Shown here: positions 1-9,292 of the stretch, one piece after another | Layout of the letters: every line of letters starts with the position of its first letter | Position numbering within the stretch: the stretch's first letter is position 1 | Source: Candidatus Aenigmatarchaeota archaeon | Lineage (GTDB): Archaea > Aenigmatarchaeota > Aenigmatarchaeia > GW2011-AR5 | Assembly (NCBI GenBank): GCA_016198685.1 | Contig: JACQID010000006.1 | Span: forward strand, 192,001-256,000 | Direction: 5' to 3' | Length of the DNA stretch: 64,000 nt | The notes under the pieces: generated by a model | The model's input: only the letters and a program-made list of their open reading frames with translations | The model's database searches: none | Told to the model about the DNA's origin: nothing | Translations under genes and position numbers: made by a program

Positions 1-209
1 CCGGCCTGTTAAGTCCCTGGTTAAATCCTACAGCAAACTGTAGGGCTTGCTGGGGATACTATCAGGCTTGGGATCGGGAGAGGTCGAGGGTACGGCATGG
101 GTAGGGGCAAAATCCTTTAATCCATGTCGGACCACCTGTGGCGAAGGCGCTCGACTGGAACGAGTCCGACGGTGAGGGACGAAAGCTAGGGGAGCGATCG
201 GGATTAGAT

Positions 210-264
210 ATTGAAAAGTCTCAACTTTTCAATTTAGTGAGAAATGAGATTTTTTCAACTAAAT
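210..264 (+). other. 16S rRNA BHB mini-intron (55 nt) in the 790 loop
   Basis: Removal restores GGATTAGATACCCCGGTAG. BHB: central helix TTAG(204-207)/CTAA(259-262), bulges ATA(208-210) and ATA(263-265), inner helix TTGAAAAG/TTTTTCAA. Confidence 0.92.
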
Positions 265-840
265 ACCCCGGTAGTCCTAGCTGTTAACGATGCCCGTTTG
301 GTGTTACACGTTCTTAGTGAACGTGTAGTGCCGCAGCGAAGGCGTTAAACGGGCCGCCTGGGGACTACGGCCGCAAGGCTCAAACTTAAGGGAATTGGCG
401 GGGGAGCACTACAAGGGGTGGATGCTACGGTTTAATTGGATTCAACGCCAGGAACCTCACCAGGGAAGACAGCAGAATGAAGGTCACTCTGAAGGGGTTA
501 CCAGACAAGCTGAGAAGTGCTGCATGGCCGTCGTCAGTTCGTGCTGTGAAGTGTCCTGTTAAGTCAGGAAACGAACGAGACCCGTGCCGCTAGTTGCCAC
601 TTTCCGCTACGGCGGGGAAGCACTCTAGCGGGACCGCTGGTGCTAAACCAGAGGAAGGAGCGGGCCACGGCAGGTCAGTATGGCCTTAATTCCCTTGGGC
701 TACACGCGGCATACAATGCGCCGGACAATGGGATGCGACCCCGAAAGGGGAAGCCAATCTCTTAAACCGGCGCTTAGTTCGGATCGAGGGCTGCAACTTG
801 CCCTCGTGAAGCCGGAATCCCTAGTAAGCGAAGGTCATCA

Positions 841-1026
841 TTCCCGCAAGTTCAAATGACCGAGGCATATGCCTCAAACTGCCTGGCGCGGCGTAGAAGC
901 GCAACGAGAGATGACTGAGAATGGGCGGCTGACTACTTATGTCAGCAGACGGTTTGACAATGATCTCGTAAAAGCTTATTCGTCAGGTAGATACAGCAGC
1001 ACTATGATGGATTTGCGGAAGTGGAA
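841..1026 (+). other. 16S rRNA BHB intron (186 nt), helix 43 region, no homing endonuclease
   Basis: Removal restores GCGAAGGTCATCA-TCTTTCGCTGAATACGTCCCTGC. BHB: helix TCAT(835-838)/GTGG(1021-1024), bulges CAT(839-841) and AAT(1025-1027), inner helix CCGCAAG/TTTGCGG. Confidence 0.9.
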
Positions 1027-1034
1027 TCTTTCGC

Positions 1035-1072
<38 letters not shown>

Positions 1073-1705
1073 GCCATCTGAGTGGAGTCTTGGTGAAGCC
1101 CATGACGAATGGGTCGAACCATGGTTCTGCAAGGAGGGCTAAGTCGTAACAAGGTAGCCGTACGGGAACGTGCGGCTGGATCACCTCCTATATATCTTTT
1201 GTGTTGCATTATGCCGCACTGATAGACTGCCAATTGCTTGCGCCTTCATTCGGATTTTTTATTGTATTAATTTCTCTACGCAAAGCGCTGTTCTCGGTAT
1301 AAGAAAAATACGTAGAATTGCGGTATATTATTTCGATTACACTGCATACTTATTGCAAAACTGAAATCATAAAATGACTAACAAATATGTTAACTGCCCG
1401 CGTATAGCTTATTGGCACATCGAGTGTTATATGCAACTCATCCGAGCAAGGGTTGGTTTTGTAGGAATAATGAATTTCTAACACAATGGCCGTGTTTTTC
1501 TGAAGTTGTGGCACAAGAGCTTGGCATGCAAGAGTATTTTTCCTGCAACCCTATCGAGGGATTTGGCTTTATATTCGGGCATGTCTTAAATGAAGCGATG
1601 GACTTCCTTGCGCCTATCACATGTTTCTCCTGCGGATGGCAGAGCGAATCAGATCACGAGAAGAGATGCGAAATCTGCACGTCATGGCATGTTTATTTTG
1701 TGTAA

Positions 1706-2296
1706 TCATACTTTCAGATAGACATAGCCCCTGCGTCTTGCGCGCTCATCGGTTACAAAATTTTCTCTTGTGATCACAAGTGCATTCGATAACTCGGACT
1801 TGAGAAGCACTAATGCCTGAGACGCATCCCGTTGTTCAAGCCCGGAACCGTATGCATATAATGGGCGCTGTTCTTCCATATCGGTTTCGATCAACAATTT
1901 CCCTCCCGCACGCAAATTCTTGCTGACAGCCGTTAGGACGGCATCAAGGGGATTATTATGGCAGTTCCGTTGGCGTTCCGACGTGATGATGTCCCATGGA
2001 TTCGGATATAGCCATGTTATTACGGGATATTCTTTGCGTGGCATATGAAAAGTATCATAGCCGTTAAAGGTCAGCATTTTGTTTTCATCCGTGAAATTTC
2101 CAGGGGCTTGGAGATCTACCCCATCGACATACAGCCATTCATCAGTTCCTGCTACCCGCCTGACTTGACATGATGTATTCCTTAGAGACCATCTATAAAC
2201 CGGAAGTTGTATGCCTCCTTGCTCTTTGGTCATTCGGTGATAGGTAGATCTGGGATTGACGTAAGTCATTCCCGCTCCTATGTCAAGTATATCCAT
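1706..2296 (-). CDS. class I SAM-dependent methyltransferase, TrmB-like motifs
   Basis: Motif I ILDIGAG; YPNPW resembles TrmB FPDPW; LRAGGKLLIETD resembles LKPGGxLxxxTD. Confidence 0.65.
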   Translation of the reverse strand: MDILDIGAGMTYVNPRSTYHRMTKEQGGIQLPVYRWSLRNTSCQVRRVAGTDEWLYVDGVDLQAPGNFTDENKMLTFNGYDTFHMPRKEYPVITWLYPNPWDIITSERQRNCHNNPLDAVLTAVSKNLRAGGKLLIETDMEEQRPLYAYGSGLEQRDASQALVLLKSELSNALVITRENFVTDERARRRGYVYLKV

Positions 2297-2347
2297 GACA
2301 TGACAGAAGAGGGAAACGGCTAAAAAACCTGCAGTTGCTAGCGAAAC

Positions 2348-3082
2348 TCATTCTCTTCTCTTGCCCATGAGCCTAAGGAGGCTCAGGAACAGGTTTATGA
2401 AATCCAGATAAAGGCGAAGAGCGCCTATCACGGATTCTTTCGTGTCTTCTTCCGTGCCTTCATTGCCTATGACGTTCGTTTCGCGTATCTTCTGCGTATC
2501 ATAAGCAGTAAGGCCGGTGAACACAATGACACCGATAATCGATATTATGTAATCGAGCGGTCCGCTTTTCAGGAAGAAATTGACGACAGAGGCAAGTATT
2601 ATTCCAATAAGGGCCATGAAAAGTATCTGGCCGATTTTTGTCAAATCGGTTTTAGTGACATAGCCATAGACGCTCATTATTCCGAACATCGCAGCTGCAA
2701 TGAAGAACGTCAACCCTATGGATTCGATTGTGTAAACTAGAAATATGACTGACAGCGTCAGTCCCGTGAAGAACGAGTATGCGAGGAACATGATTATTGC
2801 AAGAGTGGCCGGAATCCGCTTGATCAATAATGCAAGCCCGAATACCAGGCCGAGCTCAACGATCATAAGAACATAAAATAGCCCTGTGCCGAGAATGATT
2901 GTGTATATTGCGGGCTCAGTGGCTGCAAAATATGCCGTGGCAGCGGAAATGCCAAGCCCGATAAACATCCATGCATAGACTTTGACGAAGAAGCGCCGTG
3001 TTTCTTCAGCTGCAGCGTGAGCGGATATCATGCTAGTTTTATATTCAGACCGCTTTAAAAGCTCTGCCTTAGTTGTCATCAA
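2348..3082 (-). CDS. Bax inhibitor-1/YccA (YbhL-like) membrane protein
   Basis: Seven hydrophobic segments; GYVTKTDLTKIG, FTGLTAYDTQKI, GALRLYLDFINLFLSLLRLMG signatures. Confidence 0.92.
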   Translation of the reverse strand: MMTTKAELLKRSEYKTSMISAHAAAEETRRFFVKVYAWMFIGLGISAATAYFAATEPAIYTIILGTGLFYVLMIVELGLVFGLALLIKRIPATLAIIMFLAYSFFTGLTLSVIFLVYTIESIGLTFFIAAAMFGIMSVYGYVTKTDLTKIGQILFMALIGIILASVVNFFLKSGPLDYIISIIGVIVFTGLTAYDTQKIRETNVIGNEGTEEDTKESVIGALRLYLDFINLFLSLLRLMGKRRE

Positions 3083-3091
3083 TATTTAAGC
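3081..3091 (+). promoter_or_regulatory. TATA-like box for tRNA-Ala
   Basis: AATATTTAAGC about 25-30 nt upstream of the tRNA 5' end at 3114. Confidence 0.5.
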
Positions 3092-3113
3092 AATGCTTCA
3101 TTACTAAAAAGAC

Positions 3114-3248
3114 GGGCTGGTAGATCAACGGAAGATCGCCTGCTTTGCAACGCAAGAAGGGAAGTATCCCTCCTTACAGTCCTATTCAACTCTCGGACGA
3201 TGCGAACAAAACAGCAGGAGGCTTCGGGTTCAAATCCCGACCAGTCCA
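3114..3248 (+). tRNA. tRNA-Ala(UGC) with 63-nt intron at 37/38 (3150-3212)
   Basis: Acceptor GGGCTGG/CCAGTCC-A with G3.U70; anticodon stem CCTGC/GCAGG; T-loop TTCAAAT; relaxed BHB TTTG/CAAA. Confidence 0.93.
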
Positions 3249-3551
3249 TCCGAAAGTGATTGTTAATCATTTTCTTCTCATTTTTATGCAGGATCAGCGG
3301 ATGCAAAAATCTTTTAATACTTTTTTGAAGTATGTTAGTTGTTGCGGGGTCAGGAATCCCGTGCTACTTAGTGAATGTCGCATACGCGACAGGATACAGG
3401 AAAGCTGATCAGAGCCAAGCAATAGGTTTTAGCAGAACCGTGCTTGCAGCATAAGGGGATGTTATTATCTATTCCGGTTCTGACTTGGCTTTCAAGGACG
3501 ATGACTAACGAATGTTAGTCGTCCGATGCTGAGGAAAAGTCATTCTGATGA

Positions 3552-3585
3552 AGGCGACCACAGGTCCGAAATAAAGATAGCTAGC
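3552..3585 (+). other. 5' strand of 23S pre-rRNA processing stem with BHB
   Basis: AGGCGACCACAGGTCCGAAAT (3552-3572) pairs with ATTTCGGGCCTGTGGTCGCCT (6779-6799). AAAG-ATA-GCTAGC pairs with GCTAGC-CTTT-AAA (6729-6741) as a BHB. Confidence 0.85.
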
Positions 3586-5815
3586 TCCCACGCTATTTGG
3601 TGGATGGCTTGGCTTGGTAGCTGACGAAGGTCGTGGCAAGCTGCGATAAGCTCGGGGTAGGCGCATGCAGCCTTTGAACCCGAGATTACCTAATGTCGCA
3701 TAGACGTCAATTCACGGGCAACTGTGAAGAGCAACGGGGAGAATTGAAACATCTTAGTAACCCCAGGAAGAGAAAGCAATCGCGATGCCGTTAGTAAGGG
3801 CGACTGAAAGCGGCACAGGACAAACCGAATCTGTCCCGTAAGGAGACAGAGATGTGGAGTTTGGACCTGGGCTACTCCTATCCGTATATTTCGAAGTTCC
3901 CTGGAAAGGGACGCGACAAAGGGTGAAAGCCCCGTAGAAGGAAAACGGAGGAGGATACCGGGTATCCAGAGTACGATTGGCCGGATAGCCAGTCGGAATA
4001 CGGGTCTCATCTAGATCCAATCCTAAACACTAACCAAGTCCGATAGTGAATTAGTACTGCGAAGGAACGTTGAAAAGAATCCGTGACAGGATTTGAAAAG
4101 AGCCTGAAACCATGTAGCTATAGTTTGACGGTTAAGGCTCTCGCAAGAGAGAAGAACCCGTCGTCCGTTTGGAAAAACGGGGCAGGGAGTTATCTTCTAT
4201 GGCAAGCTTAACCGCATTAAGCGGGGAGGCGGAGCGAAAGCGAGTCTGAAAGGGCGACTAGTCATAGGAGTTAGACTTGATGCCAGATGATCTAGGCCTG
4301 GGTAGGATGAAGCCCCGCGAAAGCGGGGTCGAGGTCCGTAACCGGATTTAGCACTACCTAACCGGGTGACCTGGGTCTAGGGGTGAAAAGCCAATCGAAT
4401 CTGGCAGTAGCGGGTTCCTCCCGAAATGTATGTGAGTACAGCCTGGCAATGAGTGCGGATGGGGTAGAGCACTGATTAGACTGTCGAGGGGAGAAATCCC
4501 CAGCAGTTTTGTCAAACTCCGAATCCATCCGTATATGTGCCGGAGTGAGGGTGTCGGAGTAATTTTGGCATCCGAAAGGGAAAGAACCCTGACCAAAGCT
4601 AAGGTCCCTAATTAGAAACTAAGTGTATCGAAAGTTGTCTTGAACCTTAGACAGAGGGAAGGTTGGCTTAGAAGCAGCCATCCTCCAAGCAACGCGTAAT
4701 AGCGGACCCTCCGAGGTTCAGGGCGCTGAAAATGGACGGGGCTAAGTTTCTAACCGATACTTTGGAGCCTGCGCAAGCAGGTTGGTAGGGAGGCATACCG
4801 CGAGGGCAGAAGCTTCTCCGTGAGGAGGGGTGGACCTCGCGGCATAGAAAATCCTGCCGGGAGTAGCAAATGAGTTGGGTGAAAAACCCAACCGCCTAAA
4901 GAGCAAGGGTTCCCCAGTAAAGTTTATCTGCTGGGGGTTAGTCGGTCCTAACTGCACCCTTAAGAAGAGGTGTGGGAAAGGGAATCCGGTTAATATTCCG
5001 GAACCGAGCAGCAATGCACTTTTGGAAAAATTTCAGGACAGCCTGACCATTGCCGTCGCAATGGCGAAGCGTCGAAGCTTGAGGAGTCTCGTAATGAGGA
5101 GAATTAAGTGAAGGCGTTACAGGATCCCTGTATTGGGGTTTTAGGCCATTCCTGGAGTCCATGAAAAGCCAGAAGATTAGAGTGCTGCCGTCCGTACCGA
5201 GAACCGACACCGGTGCTCGCGCTGAGAAGGCGAAGGCGTACAGGAGAATCCAAACCTAGGGAATTCGGCAAAATAGTGGGGTATCTTTGGTAGAACCCAT
5301 GCCTGCCCAGTGATTGGGCAGGTCGCAGTAACAAGAGGGATCCGACTGTTTAACAAAAACGTATCTGGCTGCTAAATCGAAAGGTCTTGTATAGCCAGTG
5401 AGTCGTGGCCACTAGTGGTGTGTTAAAGCTGGTTTCAACCGGCCCAAGCCCCGCTGTAGGCCGGCCCTAACTCTGAGGGTCTTAAGGTAGCGTAATCCCT
5501 TGCCAACTAATTATTGGCCTGCATGATAGATTCACGAGATCTCTGCTGTCCCGGGGCGGAACCTGGCGAAACTATTGTTCTGGTGATTAGGCCAGAGACC
5601 TCTAGTGGGAAGAGTAGACCCCGTTGAGCTTTACTGCAGCTTGTTGTTGTGGTATAGATCTGGGTGTATAGCGTAAGCAGGAGACGTCGAAGCCTGCCCG
5701 AAAGGGTGGGTGGAGTCGCCAATGTAACACTGCTCATCTGGATCTATACAGCTTACCCGCGAGGGGACAGCAGCAGGCGGGCAGTTTGGCTGGGGCGGTA
5801 CGCCTTTGAAAAGAT

Positions 5816-5859
5816 ATCGAGCATAGCGTCGTATTAATCCTCGCGATGCTCGGCTTAAT
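5816..5859 (+). other. 23S rRNA BHB-like mini-intron (44 nt)
   Basis: Removal restores GCCTTTGAAAAGATATCAAAGGC. Bulges ATA(5814-5816) and ATA(5858-5860); central helix AAAG/CTTA with one mismatch; inner helix TCGAGCAT/ATGCTCGG. Confidence 0.85.
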
Positions 5860-6066
5860 ATCAAAGGCCCTCTATGGTCAGCTCATCCGGGTCAGAAATC
5901 CGGAGATAGAATGTAAGGGTAAAAGCTGGCTTTATTGGACTTCGAAAAGCAAGATGTCCAATTGCGAAAGCATGACCTAGCGAAACGCAGTTCGGCCTAG
6001 ATGGCCGGCTGTGACTTGAGAAAAGCTACCTCGGGGATAATGGTGTCGTAGCGGGCGAGAGTTCTC

Positions 6067-6333
6067 ATCCGTATTGCGGTATCTAGTCTACATTAACCAC
6101 AAAGAAAAGAAAGCACTTAGCTGTCTTTATTAGGACAAGATATAGGCACGGCATTATTTGAGAATGCAAATTCTTGGATAATGCCAAAAACTTCTGGACT
6201 AACCAAGTGGCAGATGGCTGTGAAGGAACACTGTCCCAGAGCGAGTCCTCGAAAGGCTTACGTCTTTCGCAGGGCAATGAGCGCAATCGGTAGCTTCCGA
6301 GCCAATGTAAAAAATCTGCAGTGCGGAGAACAG
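6067..6333 (+). other. 23S rRNA BHB intron (267 nt), H89 loop, no homing endonuclease
   Basis: Removal restores GAGAGTTCTC-ATCGACCCCGC. Perfect BHB: GTTC(6061-6064)/GAAC(6328-6331), bulges TCA and AGA, 12-bp inner helix TCCGTATTGCGG/CTGCAGTGCGGA. Confidence 0.93.
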
Positions 6334-6728
6334 ATCGACCCCGCGTGTTGCGGCGTCGCTGTCGGCTGGCCCTCTCCTGGCTGCGCAGCAGCAGCCAAGG
6401 GTGACGGAGTTCACGTATTAAAAGGGCACCTTAGTTGGGTTCAGAACGGCGCGAGCCAGTTTGGTCTATATCTGCTAGAGGTGTTGCTGCCTGAGAGGAA
6501 GGAAGGATAAGTACGAAAGGAACATCCTTCCGTGGCCACTTGTTCACCAGCTGTCCGACAGGGCAAGCTGGGTAGCTACGCCATACGCTGATAAGGCCTG
6601 AAAGCATCTAAGGCCTAAGCAGCTCTCAAAAATAGGTAGTAGGCAACCGGCAAGACTACCGGTCATGGAAGCGGGATGTACGCACGAAGCTTCGGCGACG
6701 TGTTCAGTCCACGCTCTCCTACGCCAAT

Positions 6729-6799
6729 GCTAGCCTTTAAAACGGAAAAGTTGCGGCTTTTTCGTCCCGCTTGACGGGATTTCGGGCCTGTGGTCGCCT
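6729..6799 (+). other. 3' strand of 23S processing stem
   Basis: Complementary to 3552-3585, with two small hairpins inserted; followed by a T-rich tract. Confidence 0.8.
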
Positions 6800-6956
6800 A
6801 ATCTTTTTTATTTTGACGAATTATTTTCCATTTGCATCTTAGCGAATATAAATCGTTATATATAATATAACGCTAATAATAGAACGCGTAAACGCTATCT
6901 GACAGAGATGGGGAACTGTCTGATGCCATATACGCATGTACAAAAGGGGTGTGGTT

Positions 6957-7079
6957 ATGAAAACCATTGGAGAAAATTCAAAGAGTTTGCACAATTGCGG
7001 CAACGGCTTCAAGGGCCATATAGTAAAGGCCAGGGGAGTCAGCTTCTGCGGTTTCTGCGGGAAAGAATTCGGCCTTTAA
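6957..7079 (+). CDS. small putative Zn-binding protein (40 aa), not in ORF track
   Basis: MKTIGENSKSLHNCGNGFKGHIVKARGVSFCGFCGKEFGL: HxC...CxxC; SD-like AGGGGTG upstream. Confidence 0.5.
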   Translation: MKTIGENSKSLHNCGNGFKGHIVKARGVSFCGFCGKEFGL

Positions 7080-7180
7080 TATTCAATAGCCTGATGCTCT
7101 GCATCTTTCTATGCTTATTTAGATTGTATGTTCCATAGGAAATAGTGGTTAAATCTCTGACATAAAAAATAAATACCGGT

Positions 7181-7633
7181 ATGGACAATCTTACTAAGAT
7201 CGTTATGCTTGACTATTTGCAGCCGGCTCATATCACCTTCCTGATTGTAACAGCACTTTCCGTACTTTGCGGTTTTACAATAGGAGCAGAGCGCGAATTA
7301 AGGAATAAGCCGGCAGGCATAAGCACCCATATTCTGATCTGCTTTGGAGGGGCTTTGCTTACATTGATTTCGCAATCCATCGAGCCGAATACGCCTGCAA
7401 GAGTGGCTGCTAATATCGTTACGGGCGTAGGATTCCTGGGGGCAGGCCTGATTCTCAAGGGCAAGAACGGCTATGTGCACGGCCTTACTTCGGCTGCAAG
7501 CATATGGTGCACTGCTGCAATAGGGCTTGCAATAGGCTTCGGATGGTATTTCGAGGCCATCATATCCGCTCTTGTTGCGACTTTAGTTCCAAGAATTCCC
7601 CATATCCGTGGAACCAAGGCACGCGCAAAATGA
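7181..7633 (+). CDS. MgtC/SapB family membrane protein
   Basis: IGAERE..KPAGISTH, RVAANIVTGVGFLGAG, GLTSAASIW motifs. Confidence 0.92.
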   Translation: MDNLTKIVMLDYLQPAHITFLIVTALSVLCGFTIGAERELRNKPAGISTHILICFGGALLTLISQSIEPNTPARVAANIVTGVGFLGAGLILKGKNGYVHGLTSAASIWCTAAIGLAIGFGWYFEAIISALVATLVPRIPHIRGTKARAK

Positions 7634-7695
7634 GCTAGCTTTTCATTTTTGGTCGCCACCACAATCTTTAATATCATAGCGTAGGTATCTTATTC

Positions 7696-8023
7696 GGTGA
7701 CCTGCCAGCAACGGCCATTGTATCTGTAGGTTCCTGTAAAAGGGAATCCGCGGAGCGGTGGAGGAAACTCTGTCCACCCTCCGGCGAAAGCCGAAAATGC
7801 ATCATCCGTCGGAAGGCGGCTGCCGGAAACAGAAACGATACCCTGGCGCTGATCCGTGATGTGCCATTCAGGGATGAAACGGTCCGGCATGCATGGGTGC
7901 AAGCGAGAAGATATGCGAGGCTGTGCTTTGCATTGCTCAATGCTCAGACAAATGTTGCATGGCCTCCTGATGAACCCTTCATAGGGGGAAAGGCCTACAA
8001 AAGACAGGTTATGGCAGGTCACC
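7696..8023 (+). ncRNA. rnpB: RNase P RNA
   Basis: P1 GGTGACCTGCCA/TGGCAGGTCACC; GAGGAAACTCTGTCC (CR-I), ACAGAAACG, GATGAAACGG, GGGTGCAAG, ACAAAAGACAGGTTAT (CR-V). Pop5 and Rpp30 genes are in the window. Confidence 0.92.
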
Positions 8024-8106
8024 ACTTTATTTTAATCAAGAGTAATTGAAAATTTACAAAACTTCGTGAAGAGTAAACTTAAATGGGCTCCGATTTCAAT
8101 AATTGT

Positions 8107-9012
8107 TTATCGCCCGTTATACGCTTCCTTTAGTTTCGCAATATCAAACTTCTTCATCTGGAGGAAAGCTTGGGTTAGGCGTGCGATTTGTGCAGGCGTG
8201 CCTTTTTGCATCATTTCATTCATTGCTGCGGGAACAATCTGCCACCAGACTCCATATTTGTCTTTGAGCCAGCCGCATTGCTCCGCTTCAGGGACCGCAG
8301 AAAGGTTGTCCCAATAGTAATCTATCTCTTCCTGCGTGTTGCATGAGACAATAAATGATATTGCCTCATTGAAAGCAAAGTTGTGCATATGGGCGCTGTC
8401 CATGGAGGCAAACCATTGCCCCTCAAGCATGAGGTCGGTAAACATTATTGTCCCTTCGTTATCCGGATCCATGCCTTGAGGATAGCGGGCTATAGTTCCT
8501 CGTTTCGTATTTTTGAACACCGACATGTAAAAATTGGTTGCCTGTTCTGCCTTGCCGCACGCAGATCCAACAAACATAAGCGACGGAATAATAAAGGGGC
8601 GCTCTTCGCCTTTGGAATCAGAAAGAATAAGCTGCCACGAAAGCCCGTATTTGTCCTGTATCCAGCCATAGCGTTCGCTGAACGGATACGTCTGCAGCGG
8701 CATGAGTGCTGTGCCGCCCTGCGACAGTTTTTCCCAGAGCTTATCCAAATTCTCCTGCGCGTTTTTGCTCTTTGACGGATCAAAATTAACAATGAATGAT
8801 ATGGAAGGATTGAATTTGAATAAAGGTCCGGCACTGATGGACATGAATGGCCGTCCTGAGAGCTCAAAGGAAACAACGTCACAATCGCCTGAGGGCGTAT
8901 CGTGGAGCGTTATTACATTCGTGATTCTCGATTTGGGAAACGCTTCACAGTAAAACCCAGCAGCTTCCCTGGCTTCTTTATCGAACCATAAATGCGGCAT
9001 GATCTTTTCCAT
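8107..9012 (-). CDS. VOC/PhnB-like (3-demethylubiquinone-9 3-methyltransferase family), duplicated domain
   Basis: KIMPHLWFD..AREAA.FY...F, FKFNPSISFIV, EQCGWLKDKYGVWWQIVP, KFDIAKL. Confidence 0.9.
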   Translation of the reverse strand: MEKIMPHLWFDKEAREAAGFYCEAFPKSRITNVITLHDTPSGDCDVVSFELSGRPFMSISAGPLFKFNPSISFIVNFDPSKSKNAQENLDKLWEKLSQGGTALMPLQTYPFSERYGWIQDKYGLSWQLILSDSKGEERPFIIPSLMFVGSACGKAEQATNFYMSVFKNTKRGTIARYPQGMDPDNEGTIMFTDLMLEGQWFASMDSAHMHNFAFNEAISFIVSCNTQEEIDYYWDNLSAVPEAEQCGWLKDKYGVWWQIVPAAMNEMMQKGTPAQIARLTQAFLQMKKFDIAKLKEAYNGR

Positions 9013-9163
9013 ATATTTTCACCTCTTGCCCCCTAAATTATTAGGGCATCATTATATATAAAAAATTCCCATATGGCAGATTTGGGGGGTTATTCATCTC
9101 CTATAATCTCCGAATACAACTACTATTACAGGGCAGATTTAATAAAAATAAATTTGTGACTCA

Positions 9164-9246
9164 ATGAGAAAGCTGGATGATTGATTTATTTTGAGGGTAT
9201 AGAGACAAGTGGCAAAAACGATCATAGCAGTAGGCTATTGCCGTAA
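9164..9246 (+). pseudogene. possible thymidylate-kinase-like P-loop remnant
   Basis: Frame at 9181 reads LIYFEGIETSGKNDHSSRLLP*, like IxFEGxDxSGKxT; the upstream ATG is out of frame. Confidence 0.35.
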
Positions 9247-9292
9247 TGGGCTACTCCTTCCGGTGTTCTATCAAAGAGATGGACAAGAAACA

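Larger units (their letters stand above)
3588..6728 (+). rRNA. rrl: 23S rRNA, interrupted by two introns (ends approximate)
   Basis: Conserved LSU motifs: GAATTGAAACATCTTAGTA, CCGATAGTGAA, GACTGTTTAACAAAAAC, CTTAAGGTAGCG, CAGTTTGGCTGGGGCGG, GGGTTCAGAAC, sarcin-ricin AGTACGAAAGGAAC, CTGAAAGCATCTAAG. Flanked by a processing stem. Confidence 0.97.

Noticed and set aside
905-965. Hatchet-ribozyme-like words (TGAGAAT, GCAGACG) in the 16S intron
   Set aside because: The required P1-P4 architecture cannot be built.
1412-1705. 97-aa plus-strand ORF with two CxxC
   Set aside because: TTG start, no recognisable family, abuts a convergent gene; cannot separate it from chance.
3545-3572. CTGATGA...GAAA, hammerhead-like
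   Set aside because: The segment is fully explained as the 5' strand of the 23S processing stem; stems I and III and the cleavage triplet are missing.
3690-6510. Many track ORFs within the 23S rRNA
   Set aside because: Chance frames in rRNA.
6800-6900. 5S rRNA after the 23S
   Set aside because: AT-rich promoter-like DNA; no 5S or SRP RNA motifs found anywhere in the window.
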